A program made the translations under genes and the position numbers. The notes below the pieces were generated by a model. That model saw only the letters and a program-made list of their open reading frames with translations. It had not been told where the DNA came from and did not search any database. From Gammaproteobacteria bacterium (GTDB lineage: Bacteria; Pseudomonadota; Gammaproteobacteria; Chromatiales; Chromatiaceae), in NCBI GenBank assembly GCA_020445315.1, contig JAGRGW010000009.1, positions 1 to 55,064 on the forward strand: 55,064 nt of DNA, in the 5' to 3' direction. This document shows positions 28,167-36,654 of the stretch, in pieces. Numbering within the stretch: the first letter of the stretch is position 1; the number at the start of each line of letters is the position of its first letter.

Positions 28167-30503
28167 TCACGACGATCCCGCACGGCGGGCCGCCGCGACG
28201 ACGGCCTGGCCGAGAGCGAGCCCACCGTCGTTGGCCGGCACCAGGCGGTGGCTGAGCACATCGAGGCCCGCATCGACCAGGTGCCGCTCGAGCGCCTCGA
28301 ACAGGGTCTTGTTCTGCAACACGCCACCCGACAGCGCGACCATGTCGAGACCATGGCGACGGGCCAGCTTCGCGGCCAGCGCCGCCACGGCCGCAGCAAG
28401 ACCCAGGTGGAAGCGGGCCGCCACGATCGAAGCATCGACACCGGCGGCGAGGTCGGCCAGCAATGCGCGCCACATCGGCGCAGGATCGAGCCATTCGATG
28501 CCGTCTGCGCGGCCTTCGGCAAACGCGTAGACGGTATCGGCCGATGCCAGCGCGGGCAACGCGAGCGCCTCGAGCTCGATCGCTGCCTGTCCCTCGTAGC
28601 TGATTGCATCCACGGCGACACCCAGCGCCCCGGCAACCGCGTCGAACAGGCGACCGCAGGAACTGGTCAGCGGCGAGTTGAGGCCGCGCTCGAGCATGAC
28701 CGCCAGCGTATCCAGCGGCTTGCCCTGCAGGTATCGCGTCAACGGGAGGTCGGCATAGTCAGCAACGCAGTCGGGCCAGCCCAGGTGTGTCGCGAGCTGC
28801 GCATAGGTGTTGCGCCAGGGTTCGAGTATGGCCCGCGTCGCCCCCGGCATCGGCACCGGTTTCAGGCTGGCCAGGCGCTCGAAGTCGCAGTACCCCGCGC
28901 GCAGGAACTCCCCGCCCCAGATCGTGCCGTCGGTACCGAAACCGAGACCGTCGAGGGCGATACCCAGGACGTCGCCGGCATCCGCCGGATGGCCGTTCTC
29001 GGCCAGCACACTGGCGATGTGCGCATGGTGGTGCTGCACCCCCTCGACCGGCAGGCCGCGCTCGTCGGCCAGTTGGCGGCCGTGCCGGGTCGACCGGTAA
29101 TCGGGGTGCAGGTCGACGGCCAACACCTGCGGCCGGTGGGCGAACAATGCTGTGTACAGGCCAATGGTGCGCTCGTACTCGTCGGCAGTGCGCACATCCT
29201 CGAGGTCACCGAGGTGCTGCGACAGCACCAGCTGCCCGTTGTGCAGCAGGCCCACCGTATTCTTCAGCTCGCCACCGAGCGCCAACACCGGCGGCGCATC
29301 CCCGAACCCCGGCGGCAGCAGGATCGGCGTCGGCGCATAACCACGCGCACGGCGCAGCAGGCGTGGCTCGCCAGCCATGACCCTGACCACGGAATCGTCG
29401 ACCCGGTTGACGATTTCCCGATCGTGCAGCAGGTAGAGGTCCGCCAGCCCGACAAGACGGGCGGATGCGTCGTCGTTGGCGATGCACTGCGGCTCGTCGC
29501 TGAGATTGCCGCTGGTCATGACCAGCGGCCGGTCCCAGTCGCGCAGCAGCAGGTGGTGCAACGGGCTATAGGGCAGCATGATCCCGAGCGTGGACTGGCC
29601 CGGGGCGACACCGTCGGCCACGGCGGCGTCGGCGTTGAGCGGCAGCAGCACGATCGGGGCCGCCGGCGAACACATCAGCCCGGCCTGCTGCTCGTCCAGC
29701 CGGCAGAAACGCCCCACGACATCGAGGTCCCGTGCCATCAGCGCGAAGGGCTTGGCGTAGCGTCGCTTGCGCGCACGCAGGGTCGCGACGGCCTCAACGT
29801 TGCAGGCATCGCAGGCCAGGTGGAAACCACCGATACCCTTGATGGCAACGATGCCGCCCGCAGCGAGACGCCGGCTGGCGACGTCGACGGCATCGTCACC
29901 GCCGAGATCGACGGTGCGGCCGTCACGATCGACCAGCCAGACCCGGGGCCCACACCGCGGGCAGGCGTTGGGTTGCGCATGGAAGCGCCGGTCGGCAGGG
30001 TCGACGTACTCGCGCCCGCAGTCGGGGCACATCGGAAACACCGACATGCTGGTATTGGCGCGGTCGTAGGGGATGCCGCGGACGATGCTCAGACGCGGGC
30101 CACAGTGCGTGCAGTTCGTGAACGGGTAGCGGTAGCGGCGGTTGCCCGGGTCGAATATCTCCTCACGACACTGTTCGCAGGTCGCCGCATCAGCGACGAC
30201 ACCGGTCTGTACCTCGGTCGCCTCGCTGGCGACGATATCGAACCCGGCCGTATCGATCGGCGCCAACAGCGGACTGCGCACCAGCGAATCCATGCGCGCG
30301 AGTGGCGGGCACTCGTCGCGCAAGCGATCGCAGAACCGGTCGATGTCGACCCTGTCGCCGGCGACGCGGATCAGCACGCCGGCACCGTCGTTGCGTACGT
30401 CGCCGCGCAACTGACATTCTCGTGCGAGGCGCCATACCGTAGGCCGGAACCCCACGCCCTGGACGAGACCGCGAACGCGGATCGTCTCGGCCGACTGCGC
30501 CAT
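28167..30503 (-). CDS. hypF: Carbamoyltransferase HypF (hydrogenase maturation)
   Basis: GLVQGVGFRP acylphosphatase-like domain; Zn fingers (CEQC/CTHCGPR, CPDC/CPRCGP); KGIGGFHL, QHHHAH, GGVLQN, NDGGLALGQ. Confidence 0.96.
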   Translation of the reverse strand: MAQSAETIRVRGLVQGVGFRPTVWRLARECQLRGDVRNDGAGVLIRVAGDRVDIDRFCDRLRDECPPLARMDSLVRSPLLAPIDTAGFDIVASEATEVQTGVVADAATCEQCREEIFDPGNRRYRYPFTNCTHCGPRLSIVRGIPYDRANTSMSVFPMCPDCGREYVDPADRRFHAQPNACPRCGPRVWLVDRDGRTVDLGGDDAVDVASRRLAAGGIVAIKGIGGFHLACDACNVEAVATLRARKRRYAKPFALMARDLDVVGRFCRLDEQQAGLMCSPAAPIVLLPLNADAAVADGVAPGQSTLGIMLPYSPLHHLLLRDWDRPLVMTSGNLSDEPQCIANDDASARLVGLADLYLLHDREIVNRVDDSVVRVMAGEPRLLRRARGYAPTPILLPPGFGDAPPVLALGGELKNTVGLLHNGQLVLSQHLGDLEDVRTADEYERTIGLYTALFAHRPQVLAVDLHPDYRSTRHGRQLADERGLPVEGVQHHHAHIASVLAENGHPADAGDVLGIALDGLGFGTDGTIWGGEFLRAGYCDFERLASLKPVPMPGATRAILEPWRNTYAQLATHLGWPDCVADYADLPLTRYLQGKPLDTLAVMLERGLNSPLTSSCGRLFDAVAGALGVAVDAISYEGQAAIELEALALPALASADTVYAFAEGRADGIEWLDPAPMWRALLADLAAGVDASIVAARFHLGLAAAVAALAAKLARRHGLDMVALSGGVLQNKTLFEALERHLVDAGLDVLSHRLVPANDGGLALGQAVVAAARRAGSS

Positions 30504-30739
30504 CACGCGCAAGACCCGGCGTTGCTGCCGCGCTCCTTCCGGCTTCGGGCCGTGCAGGACGCCCCCGTTGGAGACAAGGTTCGGCCAACGAGTCGTTTTG
30601 TTCGGTGCATGGTGCCAATTGTCACACTGTTGCGCCCCTGGCCGGTTGCAGATCGCGAGGGTATCGGTGTTAATTCCGGGTAACCCGGATGCCCGATTGG
30701 GGATTCCGAATGGTAGCTTACAGAACAGGGGACGTTACC

Positions 30740-31747
30740 GTGCGAATACTGACCATCTTCACACTGGCCATGCTGAGCCTGGCCTGTACACCGAACGAAA
30801 CCCGCGTCGAAGCCCCGCAGGGCGCCACGACTGCGAACAAACCCGCAGGCAAGGCAGCGCCTGCGCCGACCCGGCCGACGGTCGTGCAGATCGAGGACAA
30901 ACCCCGTGTCGAACGTTTCAACAGCCTCCTCATGCTGGCAAGCGAGGACGTACCCGAGCGCGACGGTATCCGTGACCCGTTTCGATATACACGCGCCATC
31001 GTAACGACCGAACTCGACGGCCTGCGTTACTATTTCTACCAACCCGGCAACATCCGTTCGATCGTCGGTTTCACGTTCCTCAACGACGGTTCACCCCGGA
31101 TCAACCCGCCCGGGCTCACGCGTAACGGCCCACGGCGCGAGTACGCCTTTCTGTTTGCCGACCGGGCGCGTGAGAACATCCACCTCGCCATCAACGACGA
31201 CGTCAAGCTGAGCGGCCGCTTCAGCCATGACAACATGTTTCGCGAACTGCATTTCTTCCCGCGCCGGCAGTTGCCGTCGTTGAAGGTCGACCACGGCAAG
31301 GGCCTGATCCGCGTCACCCTGCCGACCGGTGAACCGGTCGTCTTCGACAGTGAGACCAAGGAGATCACCAGCGGTGTGCTGCAGGAGTCGCCGATCGACT
31401 TCAACACCAGCCGGCACCTGCGCAAGAACCCGCGCGTGACCTACCGCGGCGACTACCTGGCGATCACGGTTGCGCAGCGTGGCGAGGCGCCGCGCCGGGC
31501 CAAGGTATGGGGGCAGCCGAAAACGGCCGAGGTGCATTACCCGTCGCGTTACGACAAGCCCTGTACGATTTCACCGGCTCGAATCTGGGACCAGCGCCCC
31601 AAGCCGGGTGACTCCGACCCCAAGCTGACGATGCTGCACGACACCGACGAGGAACTGTTTGCCGTCATCGAGAAGCACTGCAACTGGAACCTGTCCGCAC
31701 TGAGAGAGCAATCGCCCCGGCTGATCAAGACCGGTGGCGGCCGCTGA
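30740..31747 (+). CDS. Hypothetical lipoprotein
   Basis: AGGGGA RBS; lipobox SLAC; Pro/Ala linker followed by a ~290-aa domain I do not recognise. Confidence 0.7.
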   Translation: MRILTIFTLAMLSLACTPNETRVEAPQGATTANKPAGKAAPAPTRPTVVQIEDKPRVERFNSLLMLASEDVPERDGIRDPFRYTRAIVTTELDGLRYYFYQPGNIRSIVGFTFLNDGSPRINPPGLTRNGPRREYAFLFADRARENIHLAINDDVKLSGRFSHDNMFRELHFFPRRQLPSLKVDHGKGLIRVTLPTGEPVVFDSETKEITSGVLQESPIDFNTSRHLRKNPRVTYRGDYLAITVAQRGEAPRRAKVWGQPKTAEVHYPSRYDKPCTISPARIWDQRPKPGDSDPKLTMLHDTDEELFAVIEKHCNWNLSALREQSPRLIKTGGGR

Positions 31748-31757
31748 CGCAGCGGCC

Positions 31758-32855
31758 TCAGCGATTGCCGTCAACCGACGGCGGTCGTGGCGCGGGGGCG
31801 GGCCGGGCGGCATTGCCGACAGCCGCCGTCGCCAGGTCGAGTTGCTGATGCAGCCATGCCCGGGCCGGGTCGAGCCAGCCTGCCTGTGCGGCGGCAATGA
31901 TGGCCGCCGCGACCAGGCCGGCCGCAAGCCACGACACCAGTCGGCGTTGCCACCTGCCGGGGCCTCCGGCGCTGTCCTGCTCGGGAAATCGCGGGTGCGG
32001 TGATTGCACCGCGGGAGCGGCGGATACCCTTGGCGCGGCCGCCGCCCCCCGACCGAGTGAATCACGCAGGTCCTGCGCGGCGGTAAACCGACGTTCGAGT
32101 CGTGTTGTCTCCTGCCACAGTACTTCGATATCCCGTGGCGATGGTTCGACCCCGGTCGCACGCCCCGTCGGAGTGGTTTCCTTTGCGTCGTCAGCCCTGG
32201 TCCGCGGCATCGGCTCGCTTGCCACGACGCGCGGCCGCACCGGCGCAGCCGGCGATGCGGCGACCGGCGTTTCCGCCGGGGCCTGCACGGTCGGCGGTAC
32301 GACGTCACGACCGCCGTCGTTTGTGGTTACCCGGTCCGGACGATGTGGTTCGACCAGCGCGAGGTGTGGACGCGCGCCGGCCCTCGGGCGCGCCGGCGCG
32401 CGGAAACTGTCGAGTTGCGCGGGATCCGGTTCAAACCTGTCGGCGGCGAAACCGTCGGATCCGTCCGCATGGCTGCCGGCCGGCGACACCGGCACAGCCG
32501 TGTCGCCCTTGTCAGCGCCGCGCATCGGGCGCTGTTCGAGTTCGTCCGATGCCCTCGCCAGCAGATCGGCGAGATCGAAATCGATGTCCTTGAGGGCGCC
32601 ATCGACGTCGCGGTCTCCGTGTTGACCCTTACGGTCGGAGCCCGATGCAGCATCCGGGTCGATCCCAAGCGCCTCGGTGATCTGGCGGGCCGCGTCAAAC
32701 TCCGGCGCCTCGATCAACCGGTCGACCAGTTCGTCGAGGTCCGGATCGAGGTCGACGGCGTCATGGTCTTTTGCCGACACCGCGGTGCCGGCAGGGGCAC
32801 CCCGGTCGCGCAGGAAAAGCTCGTTCTGCCGTGATGGCGGTTCTTCTCGTGTCAT
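31758..32855 (-). CDS. Hypothetical low-complexity protein with C-terminal TM helix
   Basis: AGAGG RBS; acidic N-terminus, Pro/Ala-rich middle, hydrophobic LVSWLAAGLVAAAIIAAAQAGW. Confidence 0.6.
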   Translation of the reverse strand: MTREEPPSRQNELFLRDRGAPAGTAVSAKDHDAVDLDPDLDELVDRLIEAPEFDAARQITEALGIDPDAASGSDRKGQHGDRDVDGALKDIDFDLADLLARASDELEQRPMRGADKGDTAVPVSPAGSHADGSDGFAADRFEPDPAQLDSFRAPARPRAGARPHLALVEPHRPDRVTTNDGGRDVVPPTVQAPAETPVAASPAAPVRPRVVASEPMPRTRADDAKETTPTGRATGVEPSPRDIEVLWQETTRLERRFTAAQDLRDSLGRGAAAAPRVSAAPAVQSPHPRFPEQDSAGGPGRWQRRLVSWLAAGLVAAAIIAAAQAGWLDPARAWLHQQLDLATAAVGNAARPAPAPRPPSVDGNR

Positions 32856-32915
32856 CGTGACACACCTCTTTGCATCGGGGCAGCGGCCGTATCGGACATC
32901 GACACATTATTATCA

Positions 32916-32938
32916 ATATCATTAGTAACTAATGATAT
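32916..32938. promoter_or_regulatory. AT-rich perfect palindrome (candidate operator)
   Basis: ATATCATTAG-TAA-CTAATGATAT in otherwise GC-rich DNA. Confidence 0.5.
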
Positions 32939-33059
32939 GGCCGGCCCGGCTGCCTGACATCATACGACAGCAGGGGGCGGTTGAAACGTCTCCGCGAACG
33001 ACCTTCCCGAAGTTGGGCGACAGAACGCCGCACGGTTGAGAATCTGCTAATGAATTGAG

Positions 33060-33197
33060 GAAGATCAAAGCATGGCGTCCAACCTTCGACCAGACTTGGA
33101 AACACGCAACAGGTCACCGCATAGCACCCGTTGCGTGGGATCTCACTCCTCCTGACTATTGAGTCTTACCCGTCGCTTCGCGGCGGGTTTTCTTTTG
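33060..33197 (+). ncRNA. Candidate trans-acting sRNA (5' end uncertain)
   Basis: Plus-strand terminator with no credible plus-strand gene upstream; anti-SD CTCCTCCT at 33146-33153. Confidence 0.45.
33168..33197 (+). terminator. Intrinsic terminator (plus-strand polarity)
   Basis: ACCCGTCGC-TTC-GCGGCGGGT followed by TTTCTTTT. Confidence 0.75.
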
Positions 33198-33205
33198 GGC
33201 CTCGG

Positions 33206-33778
33206 CTAGAGGCGCGACAGCGAATCGGCCAGGTCGTCGCCAAGCCGACCGATCAGTCGACTCATCGACGCCGCATAGGCGCCATAACCGGCTCCACTCC
33301 AGGGGTCACGGTAGCTGGTGCTGCGGGTCTCGATCACGGCCAGCGTCCGCTCATCGATGACCGACCAGGCGACGTCGAGTACGACATCGCCACCTGGAAC
33401 GCCATCGAAACGACGGATATCGATCGCGAAACGGAAATCGGCGTCGGCGGCGATCCGGCTCGGGTAGCCGTAAACCCGCTGACTGCCCAGTACAGCCGCC
33501 AGGTGGCCAGTCAGCACCCGGCTGACTTCTTCCGCCAGCGGGCCGCCCCAGCGGTTGAACTCGTCGACAACAAGCCGGTTGCCCTCTGCGCGGGTGACCA
33601 TCTGCGGTCGGTCCAGGTACTCCGGCACGTCTATCGGGCCAATAGACAAAACCCGGTCAAAACGGTCGCCCACCAGGGCCGCGCCGGTGTTTTCCAACGC
33701 GTAGAACTGCGCCGTCGGTGTTGCCGCGCACGCCGTAAGCAGCGTGCACAACAGGAACGTCCGAAAAACCCTGGACAC
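33206..33778 (-). CDS. pqiC: PqiC family lipoprotein
   Basis: Lipobox LTAC; IGPIDVPEYLDRPQMV, EFNRWG, IRRFDG; last gene of the pqi cluster. Confidence 0.88.
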   Translation of the reverse strand: MSRVFRTFLLCTLLTACAATPTAQFYALENTGAALVGDRFDRVLSIGPIDVPEYLDRPQMVTRAEGNRLVVDEFNRWGGPLAEEVSRVLTGHLAAVLGSQRVYGYPSRIAADADFRFAIDIRRFDGVPGGDVVLDVAWSVIDERTLAVIETRSTSYRDPWSGAGYGAYAASMSRLIGRLGDDLADSLSRL

Positions 33779-33780
33779 CC

Positions 33781-35385
33781 TCAGTTTCCTCCCTTTCCAC
33801 GGATCAGCGCCTCGGGATGGCGCTCGAGATAGTCGGCCATGATACGCAGCGAACGGGCCGCCGAACCGAATTCCTGCAGCGCCCGCTGAGCCTCGACCTG
33901 CAACGGCGAATTCGGCTTGAGGAAGCGTTCGAGCGTGACCAACGTGCTGCGCGTCTGCGTCAGTGTCTTGTCCAGTTCGGTTGCCGTCTCCCGATCCAGA
34001 CGCCGCAGCAGCGCGTTGGTGGCGTTCATCGTTTTATGCAACGCGGCCAGGCTGGCGGCGAGATCGGCGGCCATGTCGTCCAATGGCAACTTGCCGAGAC
34101 GCGCCAGCAGGGTGCGCAGCTCGTCCAGCGGCGTCGGTACGGTCGGCAGCGCCGGCACCTCGGCCTGCCAGTCGATTGTTCGGACCTCGTCTTCCGGGTA
34201 GAAGTCGAGGTCGACGTACAGTGCCCCCGCGAGCAGGTTGCCGGTCTTGAGCTGGGCGCGCAGACCGTTGCGGACCAGTTCGTCCCACAACGCGCGTTCC
34301 GGCAAACCAATCGTCTCCGAATGACCCGCGTCCGGCCTGATGCCCATGCGTTCGGGTTCGATGGCGATACGCACCGGCACCCGGGTCGAGCGCCTGTCGT
34401 CGGCGATCTCCAGCGCCACGTCGACGACCTCGCCGATGCGGATTCCACGAAACTCGACCGGTGCGCCTGCCGTCAAACCGCGAACGGAGCCGACGAAATC
34501 GAGCTCCCAGGCCTCGCGCAGGGCAAACCGCGTGGCGAAAGCCGCCTGCTCGTCGGCGTGCAGCGTGAACTCGGCCATTTCTTCCGCCGCTGCGCTGTCG
34601 CCACCAGCCCCGGGATCGCCGAACGCGATGCCACCAAGCAGCACCGTTGCCAGCGAATCCGCAGTGACGCTGAGACCGTCGGCATCGAACCGCACGTTGA
34701 CCCCCGATGCGTTCCAGAAACGGGTGTGCTCGCGCACCCGACGATCGTGCGGTGCATCGACGAAGACATGCAGTGTCACGCCACCGTCGGCGGCCAGCTG
34801 GAAATCCACCACCCGCCCGACCTCGATACCCAGGTAGTGCACGGGCGACCCGACGCGCAGCGACCCGAGCCGCTGCGATCGCAGGCGAAAGGTGCGGCCG
34901 GCATCCGAAGCAGAGACCGTCGGCGGCGCCTCCAGTCCCTCGAAGCGGTCCGTTTCGACGCCCCCGGTGGCCAGGTCCGCGGCGATGTAGGTACCCCCGA
35001 CCAGTGTCTCCAGGCCGGAGATACCGGCACTCGACAGCCGCGGCCGGACCACCCAGAACCGCGTCCTGTCGTTCAGGTAGGGTTCGATATCGACCCGCAG
35101 GCGCGCCTCGACGAGCACGCGCTTGAGGTCGGGAGACAGCGAAATGGTCTCGACGACACCGATATCCACATCTTTGAAATTGACCCGCGTCCGGTCGGCC
35201 TCGAGGCCCTCGGCGGTCTCGAACACGATCGTCACCAGCGGCCCCCGCTGGCTGTAGGTGTGGTAACCCAGCCAGGCCGCCGCCAGCAGCGTGACCAGCG
35301 GGATCAGCCAGACCAGCGAGATACGCCGGCTGTCGTCGACATAGGCCTCGGGCAGGGCCTCGGCATTGGACGGCGGCTCAGTCAT
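33781..35385 (-). CDS. pqiB: PqiB MCE-domain intermembrane transport protein
   Basis: SLVWLIP anchor; three MCE domains (AEGLEADRT, GSLRVGSPV, RGLTAGAPVEFRG); LERHPEALIRGK. Confidence 0.92.
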   Translation of the reverse strand: MTEPPSNAEALPEAYVDDSRRISLVWLIPLVTLLAAAWLGYHTYSQRGPLVTIVFETAEGLEADRTRVNFKDVDIGVVETISLSPDLKRVLVEARLRVDIEPYLNDRTRFWVVRPRLSSAGISGLETLVGGTYIAADLATGGVETDRFEGLEAPPTVSASDAGRTFRLRSQRLGSLRVGSPVHYLGIEVGRVVDFQLAADGGVTLHVFVDAPHDRRVREHTRFWNASGVNVRFDADGLSVTADSLATVLLGGIAFGDPGAGGDSAAAEEMAEFTLHADEQAAFATRFALREAWELDFVGSVRGLTAGAPVEFRGIRIGEVVDVALEIADDRRSTRVPVRIAIEPERMGIRPDAGHSETIGLPERALWDELVRNGLRAQLKTGNLLAGALYVDLDFYPEDEVRTIDWQAEVPALPTVPTPLDELRTLLARLGKLPLDDMAADLAASLAALHKTMNATNALLRRLDRETATELDKTLTQTRSTLVTLERFLKPNSPLQVEAQRALQEFGSAARSLRIMADYLERHPEALIRGKGGN

Positions 35386-36007
35386 CGCGGCCTACGTTAT
35401 CCCATATCAGGCGTGGATCGAAGGTCTTCGCCGCGAGCATCGTCAGGATGACGACGGCGGCGAAATAGAGGGCACCGTCACCGGCCTGGATGTCGGCGAC
35501 GCGGCCCAGCTGCACGAGGGCGACCAACACCGTTACGACGAACACGTCGACCATCGACCAGCGGCCGACGAACTCGGTGAAGTGATACAGGCGGACGCGG
35601 TCCCTGGGGCGCCGGGCCGACCCCGCCCGTACCGACAACAGCAGGTAGAGCAGTATCGCGATCTTGACCAGGGGCACGACGACACTGGCGAAGAACACGA
35701 TCAGCGCCAGCGGCCAGGAGTCGTGCAGCAACAGGAACACGACGCCGCTGAGAATCGTGTCCGAGCGTGACTCGACCAGTGACGTCACGTGCATGATCGG
35801 CAGCAGGTTTGCCGGCAGGTAGAGAAAGATCGCGGCCACCAGGAAGGCCCAGGTTCGCGACAGGCTGCGTGGAATCCGCGCGTGCAGGCCGGCACCGCAA
35901 CGCGGGCAAACCTGTTGCCCCGGCCCCGCGCCACGTCGACTGAGCAGGCCACAGGTATGGCAGGCCAGCAGGCCGAGTTCGCGTGCCGTCATGAAACGAC
36001 CGCTCAC
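35378..36007 (-). CDS. pqiA: PqiA family protein (second half-type gene)
   Basis: CHTC/CPRC, LYLPANLLP, DTILSGV, GRWSMVDVF, FDPRLIWD. Confidence 0.9.
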   Translation of the reverse strand: MSGRFMTARELGLLACHTCGLLSRRGAGPGQQVCPRCGAGLHARIPRSLSRTWAFLVAAIFLYLPANLLPIMHVTSLVESRSDTILSGVVFLLLHDSWPLALIVFFASVVVPLVKIAILLYLLLSVRAGSARRPRDRVRLYHFTEFVGRWSMVDVFVVTVLVALVQLGRVADIQAGDGALYFAAVVILTMLAAKTFDPRLIWDNVGRDD

Positions 36008-36615
36008 TTGACGCGCTGCCAAAGCAGGTGCGGATGCACCTGGGTCGAGGCCATCGCCAAGAGCACGACCAACAGGCCGAGCGACCAGGCTGCCGGGCCG
36101 GGTACGATCGTCGCCTGTTCGGCCAGCTTGACCGCGGCCACGATAACACCGAGCAGGAATATCTCGAGCATGCTCCAGGAAACCACACCCTGGGTCACCC
36201 GGATCGCGATGGGAAAGCCCGGCGGTCGGCGGCCGAACGCCAGTGGCAGGTAGACGTACACGAGAAGCAGGATGTGAACCAGCGGCGCGACGAAGGTCGT
36301 CAACAACACGACTGTCGCCAGTATCGTCATGCCCTGCGCATACAACTGGCTGATTCCGGCCAACAGGTAGGTGCTGTCACGGTAGCCCTGCAGCGTGAAA
36401 TCCATCAGTGGCCAGGTATTGCTGACGACGAACAGGACAGCAGCAGCCAGGCCGAGCGCCAGCGGTGTTGCTACGAGATCACCGCTGCAGCGGTGCAGCA
36501 CGTGTCCGCACCGGGCGCAACGCACACGCCCGCGTGCCGGGTCGTCGGGCAGGCGCTGCACGGTGTCGCACTCGTGACAGGCGACCAGGTGGTGGGTCGA
36601 ATGATCGGTACCCAT
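36004..36615 (-). CDS. pqiA: PqiA family protein (first half-type gene)
   Basis: ACHECD/CARC and WSMLEIFLLGVIVAAVKL. Confidence 0.9.
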   Translation of the reverse strand: MGTDHSTHHLVACHECDTVQRLPDDPARGRVRCARCGHVLHRCSGDLVATPLALGLAAAVLFVVSNTWPLMDFTLQGYRDSTYLLAGISQLYAQGMTILATVVLLTTFVAPLVHILLLVYVYLPLAFGRRPPGFPIAIRVTQGVVSWSMLEIFLLGVIVAAVKLAEQATIVPGPAAWSLGLLVVLLAMASTQVHPHLLWQRVK

Positions 36616-36654
36616 GACGCCAAAGCATACCCCAAGCCGGTCGGGCCGGGCCGG

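Noticed and set aside
28248-30683. 811-aa plus-strand ORF
   Set aside because: Antisense shadow of hypF.
32929-33117. 62-aa minus-strand ORF apparently served by AGGAGGAG
   Set aside because: The SD-like sequence is about 28 nt from the GTG and the peptide has no recognisable features; the sRNA reading fits the terminator polarity better.
35378-36615. pqiA as a frameshifted pseudogene
   Set aside because: Both halves are complete PqiA domains with overlapping stop and start; two-gene pqiA is a normal arrangement.
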